In this document: piece by piece, positions 50,257 through 61,805 of the stretch
Layout: the number at the start of each line of letters is the position of its first letter
Position numbering within the stretch: the stretch's first letter is position 1
Assembly (NCBI GenBank): GCA_002269645.1
Contig: NIVC01000911.1
Span: 124,001-188,000, forward strand
Direction: 5' to 3'
Length of the DNA stretch: 64,000 nt
From: Macrostomum lignano
Taxonomy: Eukaryota
Notes under the pieces: generated by a model
The model's input: only the letters and a program-made list of their open reading frames with translations
Databases searched by the model: none
What the model was told of the DNA's origin: nothing
Program-made: the position numbers and the translations under genes

Positions 50257-53200
50257 GCCCAAGCATGAGATAGCAATACAGTGCTTGGCAAAAATGAAGT
50301 TGCATCCATGCAGCACTGCACTACTAAGCACCATCAAATGCAGAATTTGAAAAAATGAAAAAACAAATGAAAAATTTTACATCAAAGATAATTAGTATTA
50401 ACTACCATAAAGATATTTTGTACTTCAATTTTTTTCTAGTTGGTGCTAGTGCCAGGCTATCTGCTTTGGGGGTCATCTTTAAGGCTCACCTTGCCATGCT
50501 CAAGTTCATTGTAATGTTGCTCAATGGTGCAAAGAGAGAGACAAGTTGTGGGATATATAGACTTTATCTCCTCTATAATTGTTGTTGGCTTTAGCCCTGT
50601 CAAGGTGAAAAAATCAATGAGGGCTCAATATTCCTACTTGTCCATTTTGCTAAAAATCCAAGGGGTCCTTATAGTTCATGCAACTTTAAAATGCCAAAAA
50701 ATGTATTAAAAAGCTTTTAAAATAACTGAATGACAAAACATTTTGAACTACTCTTATACATGGTATGATGGGAAAAAATGACTGTAAAAATGTCATCTTT
50801 TATATCTGAAAAGAAACAATTTAAGATTTGGTAATGGAGCTATATTTGAAATTTTGATAAAATGTATAACCTTAACTTTTTCAATAAATAGTTGATCAAT
50901 CCTTATTTTATATAATGCAACTATATTTTAGTATTGTTTCAAAAATATTGGGTCTTTGTTAGCTATTTAACTTAAAGTGGACTATCTAAATAGATATAAA
51001 ATATACAAATTTTCTGACTATATAATTTTTATTTTACATAAAGAGTGCCATAAAGATTGGTATCCTACTTATATCTATAATAATCAAAAGCAGATTTAAA
51101 GGACAGTAAAGGAGGATAATAGTTGCTCCTCCCTTGTGGCTAGCAATGATAATGCCCTTTTAAAAAAGGCTTACCACCCTACGCTCAGTTTGCTCAGTAT
51201 GGTGTCCTAGTATGCCTATAAATTATGGTATCCTTCTAGTGTATACTATAACACCTTGACTCTTATGGTTAAAATCCATTTTAAAATCCATCCAATCTAT
51301 CTTTAATGCCCATAGTTTATTGGTTATAACTATTCTTTCATATAATTTGTCAAAGTTATATATGGCTCTAACTGAACCCTTTTTATTGGTCTACCATTTC
51401 AAGCTGTGGTAGAATTTGCTAGGCGTAGGCAGTGTCAACCCAAGGACTATTATACTAAAAGGACGCAACACTCGCAAATTGTGTAAAATAGTTGAAGGCC
51501 GATTATTAAAATGTATGCATCTCCAAATCAGTTGCATGCAAAAGGTTAATTTTTTTGACAGATTGTTCAGATTTTTGTCACCTACCAAGTAAGTTAGCTA
51601 GTTTAGTTTCCAGCTAGATGTAGTTGTAGATGCAGCAAAATCCTCTACAATGGAGACATCCCATTTTTAAGCACTTGATAGCTATTCAAATCTTTAAATT
51701 TAGGAAGCAAAAATTCATAGTAAAGTAGCTGAAAATCTTGAGTGCATTTTTTGTGAATAAGCTCGTAGTTTCATGAATGATGTTTCTGAAAATATATTGG
51801 AGTCTGGAGATCATATACAGAACCCACATGAAATATCTATATCCTTTCAAATCTTTCTTGCAAGATGTCCAGCCAGTCAATCAGTCATAAAAAGGAGTGA
51901 GAAGAAAAAGTCAAACATCTCAAAGCAGACTCCTGTTTTAACATACTGTTTTCTATAACCTGTAAATTGATGTGGCTTGCAAGTGGCAGCAGAATTTTGC
52001 AATTGCAAATTCAGTAGATATGGTAAACTATATTGAGCAGATTTAATTGTCTGTCAAATAGCATTGCAAAGTGATAAAACAGCATAAAACAAGAAGGAAA
52101 ATGGAAAAAGTTAATAAGAAAATCAAGCAAAATCCTTGTATAAATGCACAAAACGTCTTTTAATGCATTTTGCATAGTAAAAGTGGTACATAAGCAGTGT
52201 TGGGATCAAGTGTACAAGTGGTGCATGCATATGCTTACAAACCCTATCACTAAACATCAAAATCAAGTTAAAGAAGAATTAGAATAGCGAATAGCTGATC
52301 TGTCATCTTAATCACCTGTGGAAGCTGCAGAAGCTAGCCTGGTTGGTGGCTGACCTGGGCATCTCAGTTCTAGATATCCAAGAGCATCATAGGCACATAG
52401 ACAAAAGTGTGGATCTGGGCCTCAAGTGGTAATTTAAGGCCACGTAGCCAGATATTACTAGCTATGTAGTTGCTTTGCTTATATATCTTGTCACATAGCA
52501 CTTCATTGGCCTGACAGCTGGTCTGCAATAAAATAAAGTAAAAAATGAAGAATGGACTATATGAATAATAATTTACTATAGGCCCTAATAATATTAGATG
52601 AGTACTTAACCTTCATTTAAAAATTCATTTAGTTGATCAACTTAATTTAGTTGAATTTTAACTAAATCCTATTTAAAAAATGAAAATACATATCATAGGA
52701 CTATCAAGTAAATCAAAGAAAGTAGTAAGCCAAAGTGTTCTAATGGAATACAGCCTAAGTAGGGATGTCAATTCTCTGAAAAATTTGCACCCTAAGGGAC
52801 TGACAGATTTTTCTGTCTTCTCATCTCTCCCTTCACTCTTACTACTCTTCTTTTTTCCTATTTCTTTTCTCTTTCCCCTCTTTCTCTTTTTTGGCCTATT
52901 ATCAAAGCTAGGTTCTCTAGGTCTATTCATATGTTTATGCAATAAATTAGTGAATTTTATTAAAAAACTTCTTGAAACAAATAAATTTTTACTTTAATTA
53001 TTTTTCTAAGGCCCTCAATTGTCTCTCCTAGGCCTACAACCTAGCCTAAGATCAAAAACCCACAATTTTTTTAGTTTTCCAAGGAGGGCTTTTAATTATA
53101 AATAATAAATTAAGGCAGAAGGCCTTTTTTAGATCAATAGATGTAATGGCAAGGAAGATTTTGCACTGCTTTATGCTTATATTTATATTTACACTAACAG

Positions 53201-53898
53201 TGCAATATTGAGGGGCCTAGGGAGGTGCAAAAAGGGGGCATGGCATGATAGGCTATGCTGCCCCCACCCCCTGGCTTAGTGAGCCAGCTAGCTTGGTGTG
53301 CACCCACCCCACCTCAGCTAGACAGAGGTTGGGGGGTTTCCAATGTGGCTACACTGGTGCTGCCAGCTGCATACAGTCTGGCTGCCACATATTGTAGCTC
53401 CCCCCCCCCCCCAGCACCAAGCAAGGCCCCAAATTTTGGGTGATAGCTAAGGCAGCAAGAGTGCCAAAGAGTGGGCACCAAAAGCATTGGAGGCACCAAA
53501 GACCGCGGAGCTGTGGAGGAGTAGGCACCAAAAGTGCCAAAAACTAAAAAATAAATCCAATTTTATATGTAGTCAACTGTAAATATAACAAAAACAGTTA
53601 AGCAAAATAAACAAATTAGACATTAGACATAGTCTAATTTATATATACAATAAAAACTTTGCATTCTGAATTATGCAAAAAGTAAAATTGCTAGGTAGAT
53701 CCCTCAAAATATTAAATTTTCAATCTAAGTTACAGTTTTTTTGTACTTTTTTGTAATGCTATTGATTTATTTATTTCAGAAAATAATTCAGATTTGCAAT
53801 GCTAAGATAAGCACTATTTTGATATTACATTTATGATAGTGATTTCACGCACAAGCAATTGTTTTTTTAATTCTGATAATCTTAAAAGTCTAATCACG

Positions 53899-55023
53899 AT
53901 GTCTGACAAAAGAGCAATACTTCGCCTGTACAAAAGTATTTTGCGCTACATTGGCAGTCTGCAATTATCTGATCATGCTTTCATTGTTCAAAGAATGCAA
54001 CAAGAGTTTAGGAAGCCATGCTCTTCCAAGGAAGAGTTGCTGATGCAAATTAAGGTAATATTGTACTACTCACAGTATTAGCTTATGTTCATTGTTTCAG
54101 TTTAAGTACATTAAAGGTCAGGGTGTGTGGAGGTGTTGAGGATTTTGATAGATGAGCATAATTGTGTTTGAATAGATGGGTGTCAGGGGGTTTCTAGATG
54201 AGTGTCAGGGGGTGTCTAGATGAGTGTCAGGGCATCTAGATGAGTGTCAGGGCATCTAGATGAGTGTCAGGGGGTGTCTAGATGAGTGTCAGGGCATCTA
54301 GATGAGTGTCAGGGTGTCTAGATGAATGTCAGGGTGTCTAGATGAGTGTCAGGGGGTGTCTAGATGAGCGTCAGGGTGTCTAGATGAGTGTCGGGGTGTC
54401 TAGATGAGTGTCAGGGCATCTAGATGAGTGTCAGGGTGTCTAGATGAGTGTCAGGGGGTGTCTAGATGAGCGTCAGGGTGTCTAGATGAGTATCAGGGCA
54501 TCTAGATGAGTGTCAGGGGGTGTCTAGATGAGTGTCAGGGGGTGTCTAGATGAGTGTCAGGGCATCTAGATGAGTGTCAGGGCATCTAGATGAGTGTCAG
54601 GGCATCTAGATGAGTGTCAGGGGGTTTCTAGATGAGTGTCAGGGGGTGTCTAGATGAGTGTCAGGGCATCTAGATGAGTGTCAGGGCATCTAGATGAGTG
54701 TCAGGGGGTGTCTAGATGAGTGTCAGGGGGTGTCTAGATGAGTGTCAGGGGGTGTCTAGATGAGTGTCAGGGGGTGTCTAGATGAGTGTCAGGGCATCTA
54801 GATGAGTGTCAGGGCATCTAGATGAGTGTCAGGGCATCTAGATGAGTGTCAGGGGGTGTCTAGATGAGTGTCAAGGACAACAAGGTTGTTCAAATCTTGG
54901 TGCCATCTTAGCTGCTTGTATGGATGTCGGATGGTTAAAGCATACACTAGTTACAATCATCTCTATTTATTAATTTCATTTCAGAGAGGCGAAACTATTC
55001 TACAAAATCGTCCATTTTTGTAA
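53899..55023 (+). CDS. 64-aa LYR-motif microprotein resembling the MIEF1 upstream-ORF protein (AltMiD51). Exons 53899-54054 and 54985-55023
   Basis: MSDKRAILRLYKSILRYIGSLQLSDHAFIVQRMQQEFRKPCSSKEELLMQIK|RGETILQNRPFL*. LYK/LLR motif, the LYRM-typical EFR, and a phase-0 GT-AG intron. Confidence 0.8.
54180..54874. repeat. 20-22-bp intronic minisatellite (GTGTCAGGG(GGTG/CA)TCTAGATGA), about 33 units
   Basis: Direct reading. Confidence 0.9.
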
Positions 55024-55590
55024 TTATCACAACAGAAGTCCCCTAAATTTCCAAAAGCAATTTCGGGAACTTGCGCATTTTTTAAAAACAGTGTTCTATG
55101 TACTTGAATTCTATAATCTGTTTCTTACTAAACTGTAGCGACCTTTTGTGTCTTGAATAAAATATAATGTAGAGAACGCTTTTTACGCGTAAATAGATTT
55201 TTTTGTCTTATTTGTTCATTTCTTTATTTAGATTTGTACGTAACTAGAAGCTCATTGCTGGGAAAGGTAGAGAACCTGTTTTCTTAGAGCTCTATGCAGA
55301 AGCTGTGTGAATAATGTACATTCGCCGGGGGGTGTTTGATCTCTTAAGCTTCAAAAAAGATAATATAGCTGAGCTTGCTATGCTATCTAACTTAGCACAG
55401 GGTAGGGTAGAGCTACTCTACCTCTCAGTTATATTTAAATAAGGCTATCTGGTCCTATCTAGACCTTGTAGATATTAGATTTATGAAAAACAATTTCTAG
55501 CAACTTTTCATGGTTAGTGTTCTTTTTTTCTCTGTTCTTGTGTTCTAATAATAATTATTTGATCAGTGTAACAAAAAAACTGAATTTCAG

Positions 55591-57265
55591 GCTGATTCAA
55601 CCACTGTTGCGGCTACCACGGCCGCTCCGGCTTCTGTGGACCTGCTGTTGGAACCTTGGCTAGTTGTTGTCATCATAGTTATTATAGATTTTGTCATACA
55701 ATGGATCTGCTTTCCAATTGCTTACGGATTGAAAACGGAGAAATTCTACGATATGGCCGGCTCGTTGACTCATCTGACTGTTGTGTGGGTGGCCTTTGGT
55801 CTTCTGGCCAGCTATAGGCATATAAGATGCATTGTGCAGAGCGTTTGCGTGTCCGTGTGGGCTGTGAGACTGGGTATTTTTCTGGTTTACAGGTACGTTA
55901 GGGATTAGTTACTGTTATATTTGACTTCAGGGAAATTTCTTGTTTAAGCTTTTCAGATCCTCAGGATTAGTCAATAGCCTCTCTCAGATCCTCAGATCCT
56001 CCCAGAGTGTCACTTTCTGGGACAGTCTCCCAGATTCTCAGTTGCTGTGCTAGCCTCCCAGATCCTCAGTTGCTGGGCCAGCCTCCCAGATCCTCAGTTG
56101 CTGGGCCAGCCTCCCAGATCCTCAGTTGCTGGGCCAGCCTCCCAGATCCTCAGTTGCTGATCCAGCCAGCCTCCCAGATCCTCAGTTTCTAGGCCAGCCT
56201 CCCAGATCCTCATGTGCTTGGCCAGTCTCCCAGATCCTCATGTGCTTGGCCAGTCTCCCAGATCCTCAGTTGCTAGGCCAGCCTCCCAGATCCTCATGTG
56301 CTGGGCCAGTCTCCCAGATCCTCATGTGCTTGGCCAGTCTCCCAGATCCTCAGTTGCTAGGCCAGCCTCCCAGATCCTCATGTGCTGGGCCAGCCTCCCA
56401 GATCCTCATGTGCTGGGCCAGCCTCCAAGATCCTCAGTTGCTGGGCCAGCCTCCCAGATCCTCATGTGCTTGGCCAGTCTCCCAGATCCTCATGTGCTTG
56501 GCCAGTCTCCCAGATCCTCAGTTGCTAGGCCAGCCTCCCAGATCCTCATGTGCTGGGCCAGCCTCCCAGATCCTCATGTGCTGGGCCAGCCTCCAAGATC
56601 CTCATTTGCTGGGCCAGCCTCCAAGATCCTCAGTTGCTGGGCCAGCCTCCCCAATCTTCATCCCAGCCACCCTCATCCCCGCCGCCAGGGCCGCCAAGTA
56701 CGGCGACAAAAGATTCGAAGAGATCCGAAAAAGCTGCGTTCGGTTCTTCATCACGTGGACACTGCAGGCTGTGTGGGTTGGCTGCAACCTGGCACCCACC
56801 ATCGCCAGCCTGACCGCATCTGCTACCCTGGCAACTCCCGGCAGCTTGGAATGGCGCGACTATCTCGGCTGGAGTCTGTTCCTCATCGGCATACTCACGG
56901 AGACTGTGTCGGACATTCAAAAGTCCATATTCAAAGCCAAGCCGGAGAACAATGGCCGATTTATTCGGTCGGGACTGTGGTCGATCTCTCGGCATCCGAA
57001 CTATTTCGGAGAAATTCTACTATGGTGGGGCCTGGCTATCTCTGCATCGGCTGGTTTCCACTATTCTAACGAATGGTGGTTCTGGTTCACCTTTGTTGGC
57101 CCGCTGCTCAATACTCTGCTCATCTGCTTTGTGAGCGGTATTCCACTATTAGAGAAGTCCGCTTATAAGCGATGGGGCGAAGATCCCGAGTATCAGGACT
57201 ACTTGAAGAGTACACCTGTACTTGTGCCACTAATCCCGTGCCCGCTGTGCGACTTCTGCAAGTGA
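55591..57265 (+). CDS. DUF1295 / steroid 5-alpha-reductase-like membrane protein. Exons 55591-55892 and 56689-57265; no in-frame ATG before the conserved region
   Basis: EKFYDMAGSL, WAVRLGIFL, DKRFEEIR, ETVSDIQK, GLWSISRHPNYFGEILLWWG and SGIPLLEK..RWG..YQDY..TPVLVP. The phase-2 junction AG|G is consistent. Confidence 0.9.
55953..56651. repeat. 28-29-bp intronic minisatellite of the same family as ARFRP1 intron 3, about 24 units
   Basis: GCTGGGCCAGCCTCCCAGATCCTCAGTT and CCTCATGT variants. Confidence 0.92.
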
Positions 57266-57435
57266 TTTTTGAAGTGAAGGAGGTTTTTTTTCTAACTTGA
57301 ACGTCAAAATTGTTTTGAGCAATGTTTAATATTTCCTTGTCTCAAAATAATATCAATATATCTCTCTCTTTAAAATTCGTATTAAATCTTCAAAGCACAT
57401 ACGATGGCTTATAAAACCCTATCTGTAGGTTCTTA

Positions 57436-58697
57436 TCCCCATCAAGAATCGCCCTCAAATCCCCATCAAGAATCGGCCTCAAATCTCCATCAAGAATCGG
57501 CCTCAAATCCCCATCAAGAATCGCCCTCAAATCCCCATCAAGAATCGCCCTCAAATCCCCATCAAGAATCGGCCTCAAATCCACATCAAGAATCGCCCTC
57601 AAATCTCCATCAAGAATCGCCCTCAAATCCCCATCAAGAATCGCCCTCAAATCCCCATCAAGAATCGGCCTCAAATCCACATCAAGAATCGCCCTCAAAT
57701 CTCCATCAAGAATCGCCCTCAAATCCCCATCAAGAATCGCCCTCAAATCCCCATCAAGAATCGGCCTCAAATCTCCATCAAGAATCGCCCTCAAATCCCC
57801 ATCAAGAATCGCCCTCAAATCCCCATCAAGAATCGGCCTCAAATCCACATCAAGAATCGCCCTCAAATCTCCATCAAGAATCGCCCTCAAATCCCCATCA
57901 AGAATCGCCCTCAAATCCCCATCAAGAATCTCCCTCAAATCTCCATCAAGAATCGCCCTCAAATCCCCATCAAGAATCGCCCTCAAATCCCCATCAAGAA
58001 TCGCCCTCAAATCCCCATCAAGAATCGCCCTCAAATCCCCATCAAGAATCGCCCTCAAATCCCCATCAACAATCGGCCTCAAATCCCCATCAAGAATCTC
58101 CCTCAAATCCCCATCAAGAATCGCCCTCAAATCCCCATCAAGAATCGCCCTCAAATCCCCATCAAGAATCGCCCTCAAATCCCCATCAAGAATCGCCCTC
58201 AAATCCCCATCAAAAATCGGCCTCAAATCCCCATCAAGAATCTCCCTCAAATCCCCATCAAGAATCGCCCTCAAATCCCCATCAAGAATCGCCCTCAAAT
58301 CCCCATCAAGAATCGCCCTCAAATCCCCATCAAGAATCGCCCTCAAATCCCCATCAACAATCGGCCTCAAATCCCCATCAAGAATCTCCCTCAAATCCCC
58401 ATCAAGAATCGCCCTCAAATCCCCATCAAGAATCGCCCTCAAATCCCCATCAAGAATCGCCCTCAAATCCCCATCAAGAATCGCCCTCAAATCCCCATCA
58501 ACAATCGGCCTCAAATCCCCATCAAGAATCTCCCTCAAATCCCCATCAAGAATCGCCCTCAAATCCCCATCAAGAATCGCCCTCAAATCCCCATCAACAA
58601 TCGGCCTCAAATCCCCATCAAGAATCGGCCTCAAATCCCCATCAAGAATCGCCCTCAAATCCCCATCAAGAATCGGCCTCAAATCCCCATCAAGATT
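57436..58697 (+). repeat. 24-bp minisatellite (CATCAAGAATCGCCCTCAAATCCC)n, about 52 units
   Basis: Direct reading; 8-aa periodic ORFs on both strands. Confidence 0.95.
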
Positions 58698-59235
58698 CTT
58701 CACCACCCAGTGATAATTAATTCGGTCACAGTGTTTTAAAAACAATTTTCCTTTCTAGCAGCGAATATGCTGTCTATCCGATTTTAACGGTTGCTTAACT
58801 AAATGTGCGCGTATTGTTATACTATAAACAATGAATCAAATTTAATAATAGAAACTCATCTCAGGATGCGTTTTGAAAATTTAGAATTGATTTAAGAAAT
58901 CGTTTTTTAAAGATTTAACTAATCTTGTTTTATAAATAAAATGTGACTATTTTTGATATTAATAAACTAAATTATTGTAGGAATTAGATTTTAGTGTTTC
59001 AGTATCAATAAATATTATTTGGCAGTGCAGTATGATTACTAATAGCGCGAATAAAGATTGTATATTGTATTAAAATCTGTAGAATTATTTTTCACTGCCA
59101 GTATTTTCAAAAAAAATTTTTTGGAACGCCGAAATTGATTGCATTGTAAAAAAATTGCATTAGAATATACCTTATAATTTGTGTAATTTTGTTTGCGTTT
59201 TTAACTTTCATTTACTGAGTAGCAACTGATATATC

Positions 59236-60670
59236 GATTAAACTGTCACCCCTCAGAGTCACTCAGATTAAACTGTCACCCCTCAGAGTCACTCAGATTA
59301 AACTGTCACCCCTCAGAGTCACTCAGATTAAACTGTCACCCCTCAGAGTCACTCAGATTAAACTATCACTCCATTAGAGTCACTCAGATTAAACCATCAC
59401 CCCCTCAGAGTCGCTCAGATTAAACCGTCACCCCTCAGAGTCACTCAGATTAAACTGTCACCCCTCAGAGTCACTCAGATTAAACTGTCACCCCTCAGAG
59501 TCACTCAGATTAAACTGTCACCCCTCAGAGTCACTCAGATTAAACTATCACTCCATTAGAGTCACTCAGATTAAACCATCACCCCCTCAGAGTCGCTCAG
59601 ATTAAACCGTCACCCCTCAGAGTCACTCAGATTAAACTGTCACCCCTCAGAGTCACTCAGATTTAACTGTCATCCCTCAAAGTCACTCAGATTAAACTAT
59701 CACTCCATTAGAGTCACTCAGATTTAACCATCACCCCCTCAGAGTCGCTCAGATTAAACCGTCACCCCTCAGAGTCACTCAGATTAAACTGTCACCCCTC
59801 AGAGTCACTCAGATTTAACTGTCATCCCTCAGAGTCACTCAGATTAAACTATCACTCCATTAGAGTCACTCAGATTAAACCATCACCCCCTCAGAGTCAC
59901 TCAGATTAAACTGTCACCCCTCAGAGTCACTCAGATTAAACTGTCACTCCATCAGAGTCACTCAGATTCAACCGTCACCCCTCAGAGTCACTCAGATTAA
60001 ACCTTCACCCCTCAGAGTCACTCAGATTAAACTGTCACCCTTCACCCTTCAGAGTCAATCAGATTAAACAGTCACCCCCTCAAAGTGACTCAAATTAAAC
60101 TGTCACACCCTGAGAGTGACTCAAATTGAACTGTCACACACCCTCAGAGTGACTCAAATTAAACTGTCACACACCCTCAGAGTGACCCAAATTGAACTGT
60201 CACACACCCTCAGAGTGACCCAAATTAAACTGTCACACACCCTCAGAGTGACCCAAATTGAACTGTCACACACCCTCAGAGTGACCCAAATTAAACTGTC
60301 ACACACCCTCAGAGTGACCCAAATTAAACTGTCACACACCATCAGAGTGACCCAAATTGAACTGTCACACACCCTCAGAGTGACCCAAATTAAACTGTCA
60401 CACACCCTCAGAGTGACCCAAATTGAACTGTCACACACCCTCAGAGTGACCCAAATTAAACTGTCACACACCCTCAGAGTGACCCAAATTAAACTGTCAC
60501 ACACCATCAGAGTGACTCAGATTGAACTGTCACACTCCCTCAGAGTGACTCAGATTGAACTGTCACACTCCCTCAGAGTGACTCAGATTGAACTGTCACA
60601 CACCCTCAGAGAGACTCAAATTGAACTGTCACACACCCTCAGAGTGACTCAAATTGAACTGTCACCCTTC
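59236..60670. repeat. Composite minisatellite: 30-bp units (GAGTCACTCAGATTAAACTGTCACCCCTCA) grading into 33-bp units (GAGTGACCCAAATTAAACTGTCACACACCCTCA)
   Basis: Direct reading; the switch is near 60080-60120 and variant units recur in blocks. Confidence 0.92.
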
Positions 60671-60880
60671 ACAGCCGCTCAGGTTAAACTGTTGTTCCCT
60701 CAGTCACAGATCCAACTGTTACCCCCTTAGAGTCACCGGGCTTATAAGAGCCAAACTCTTTTATAGGCTAAATGTATAAAGCAATTTATATTAATAGATT
60801 TCATATGGATATTCATGCCGCATCCTACTGAACAACTAAACTATAAAGTTAAACAAAATCGCTAAGCAATCAAATACAGC

Positions 60881-61669
60881 ATGGCACCGAATGAACTGGC
60901 TGAGTGGTACTGGAATGTACCGCGCCTGTCTCGCTACTGGTTCACTGGCAGCGTTGTCCTGCCATTGCTCGGGCGCATCGGCCTATTGAGTCCCTACTCA
61001 ATGATTCTTGTCTGGGAGAAGCTTGCTTATAGCTTCCATATCTGGCGTCCAATCACAGCCCTGCTGTACTATCCCATATCGCCTCAGACAGGATTTCACT
61101 ATCTGATTAATTTGTACTTCCTGTATTCGTACTCCACCGCTCTGGAGTCTGGTCAGTTTGCTGGCAATCCAGCTGAGTATGCTTTTCTATTGCTGTTCTG
61201 CTGGATCTGTCTGGTTGCTCTTGGTTGCGCTGTTGGTCTGTACCTGCTGATGGACCCGATGGTGTTGGCCGTGCTGTACATCTGGTGCCAGTTGAATCGG
61301 GACACCATTGTGCAGTTCTGGTTCGGCATGCAATTCAAAGCCATGTACCTGCCTTGGGTATTGCTGGCCTTTAATATGATTATTCAGGGCGGTGGCTTCA
61401 CTGAACTGCTTGGCATCCTTGTTGGCCATCTGTACTTCTTCTTGGCCTTCAAATATCCTCAGGATTTGGGCGGCCGTCAGCTGATCGGAGCTCCGGAATT
61501 TCTTTATCGCCTGTTGCCTAGGCAACGCGGTGGCGTCTCCGGCTTCGGAGTGCCGCCTAGCAACAGGCGACGCGAAGATGGCACCGACAGAGCCGGCGAT
61601 GACGAAAGACGCGGTGGCTGGTTTCAGAACCGGTTCCCCGGGGCTGGACACCGGTTGGGTCAGGATTGA
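60881..61669 (+). CDS. DERL1: Derlin-1, intronless, 262 aa
   Basis: WYWNVPRLSRYWF, QIWR-like HIWRPITALLYYP, GFHYLINLYFLYSYS..LE, FWFGMQFKAMYLPWVL, VGHLYFFL, and a C-terminal SHP-box-like FPGAGHRLG. Confidence 0.95.
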   Translation: MAPNELAEWYWNVPRLSRYWFTGSVVLPLLGRIGLLSPYSMILVWEKLAYSFHIWRPITALLYYPISPQTGFHYLINLYFLYSYSTALESGQFAGNPAEYAFLLLFCWICLVALGCAVGLYLLMDPMVLAVLYIWCQLNRDTIVQFWFGMQFKAMYLPWVLLAFNMIIQGGGFTELLGILVGHLYFFLAFKYPQDLGGRQLIGAPEFLYRLLPRQRGGVSGFGVPPSNRRREDGTDRAGDDERRGGWFQNRFPGAGHRLGQD

Positions 61670-61805
61670 GACGGATTTGGCTCGCTGATGAACGTGTGTT
61701 GTTTAACACTATCTAGTAACTATTGTAGATGTACTTTTCCCTGTGAGTTTTCAACTTGTACTTTGATTTATGTTATTCAGCTTGACACTGGACCCTAGCA
61801 CTGTT

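Noticed and set aside
56126-56688. Repetitive N-terminus of ORF 56126..57265 (and of 11656..12090 and 12030..12461) as coding
   Set aside because: This is intronic minisatellite; the homologous protein resumes at phase-compatible acceptors (56689 and 12202).
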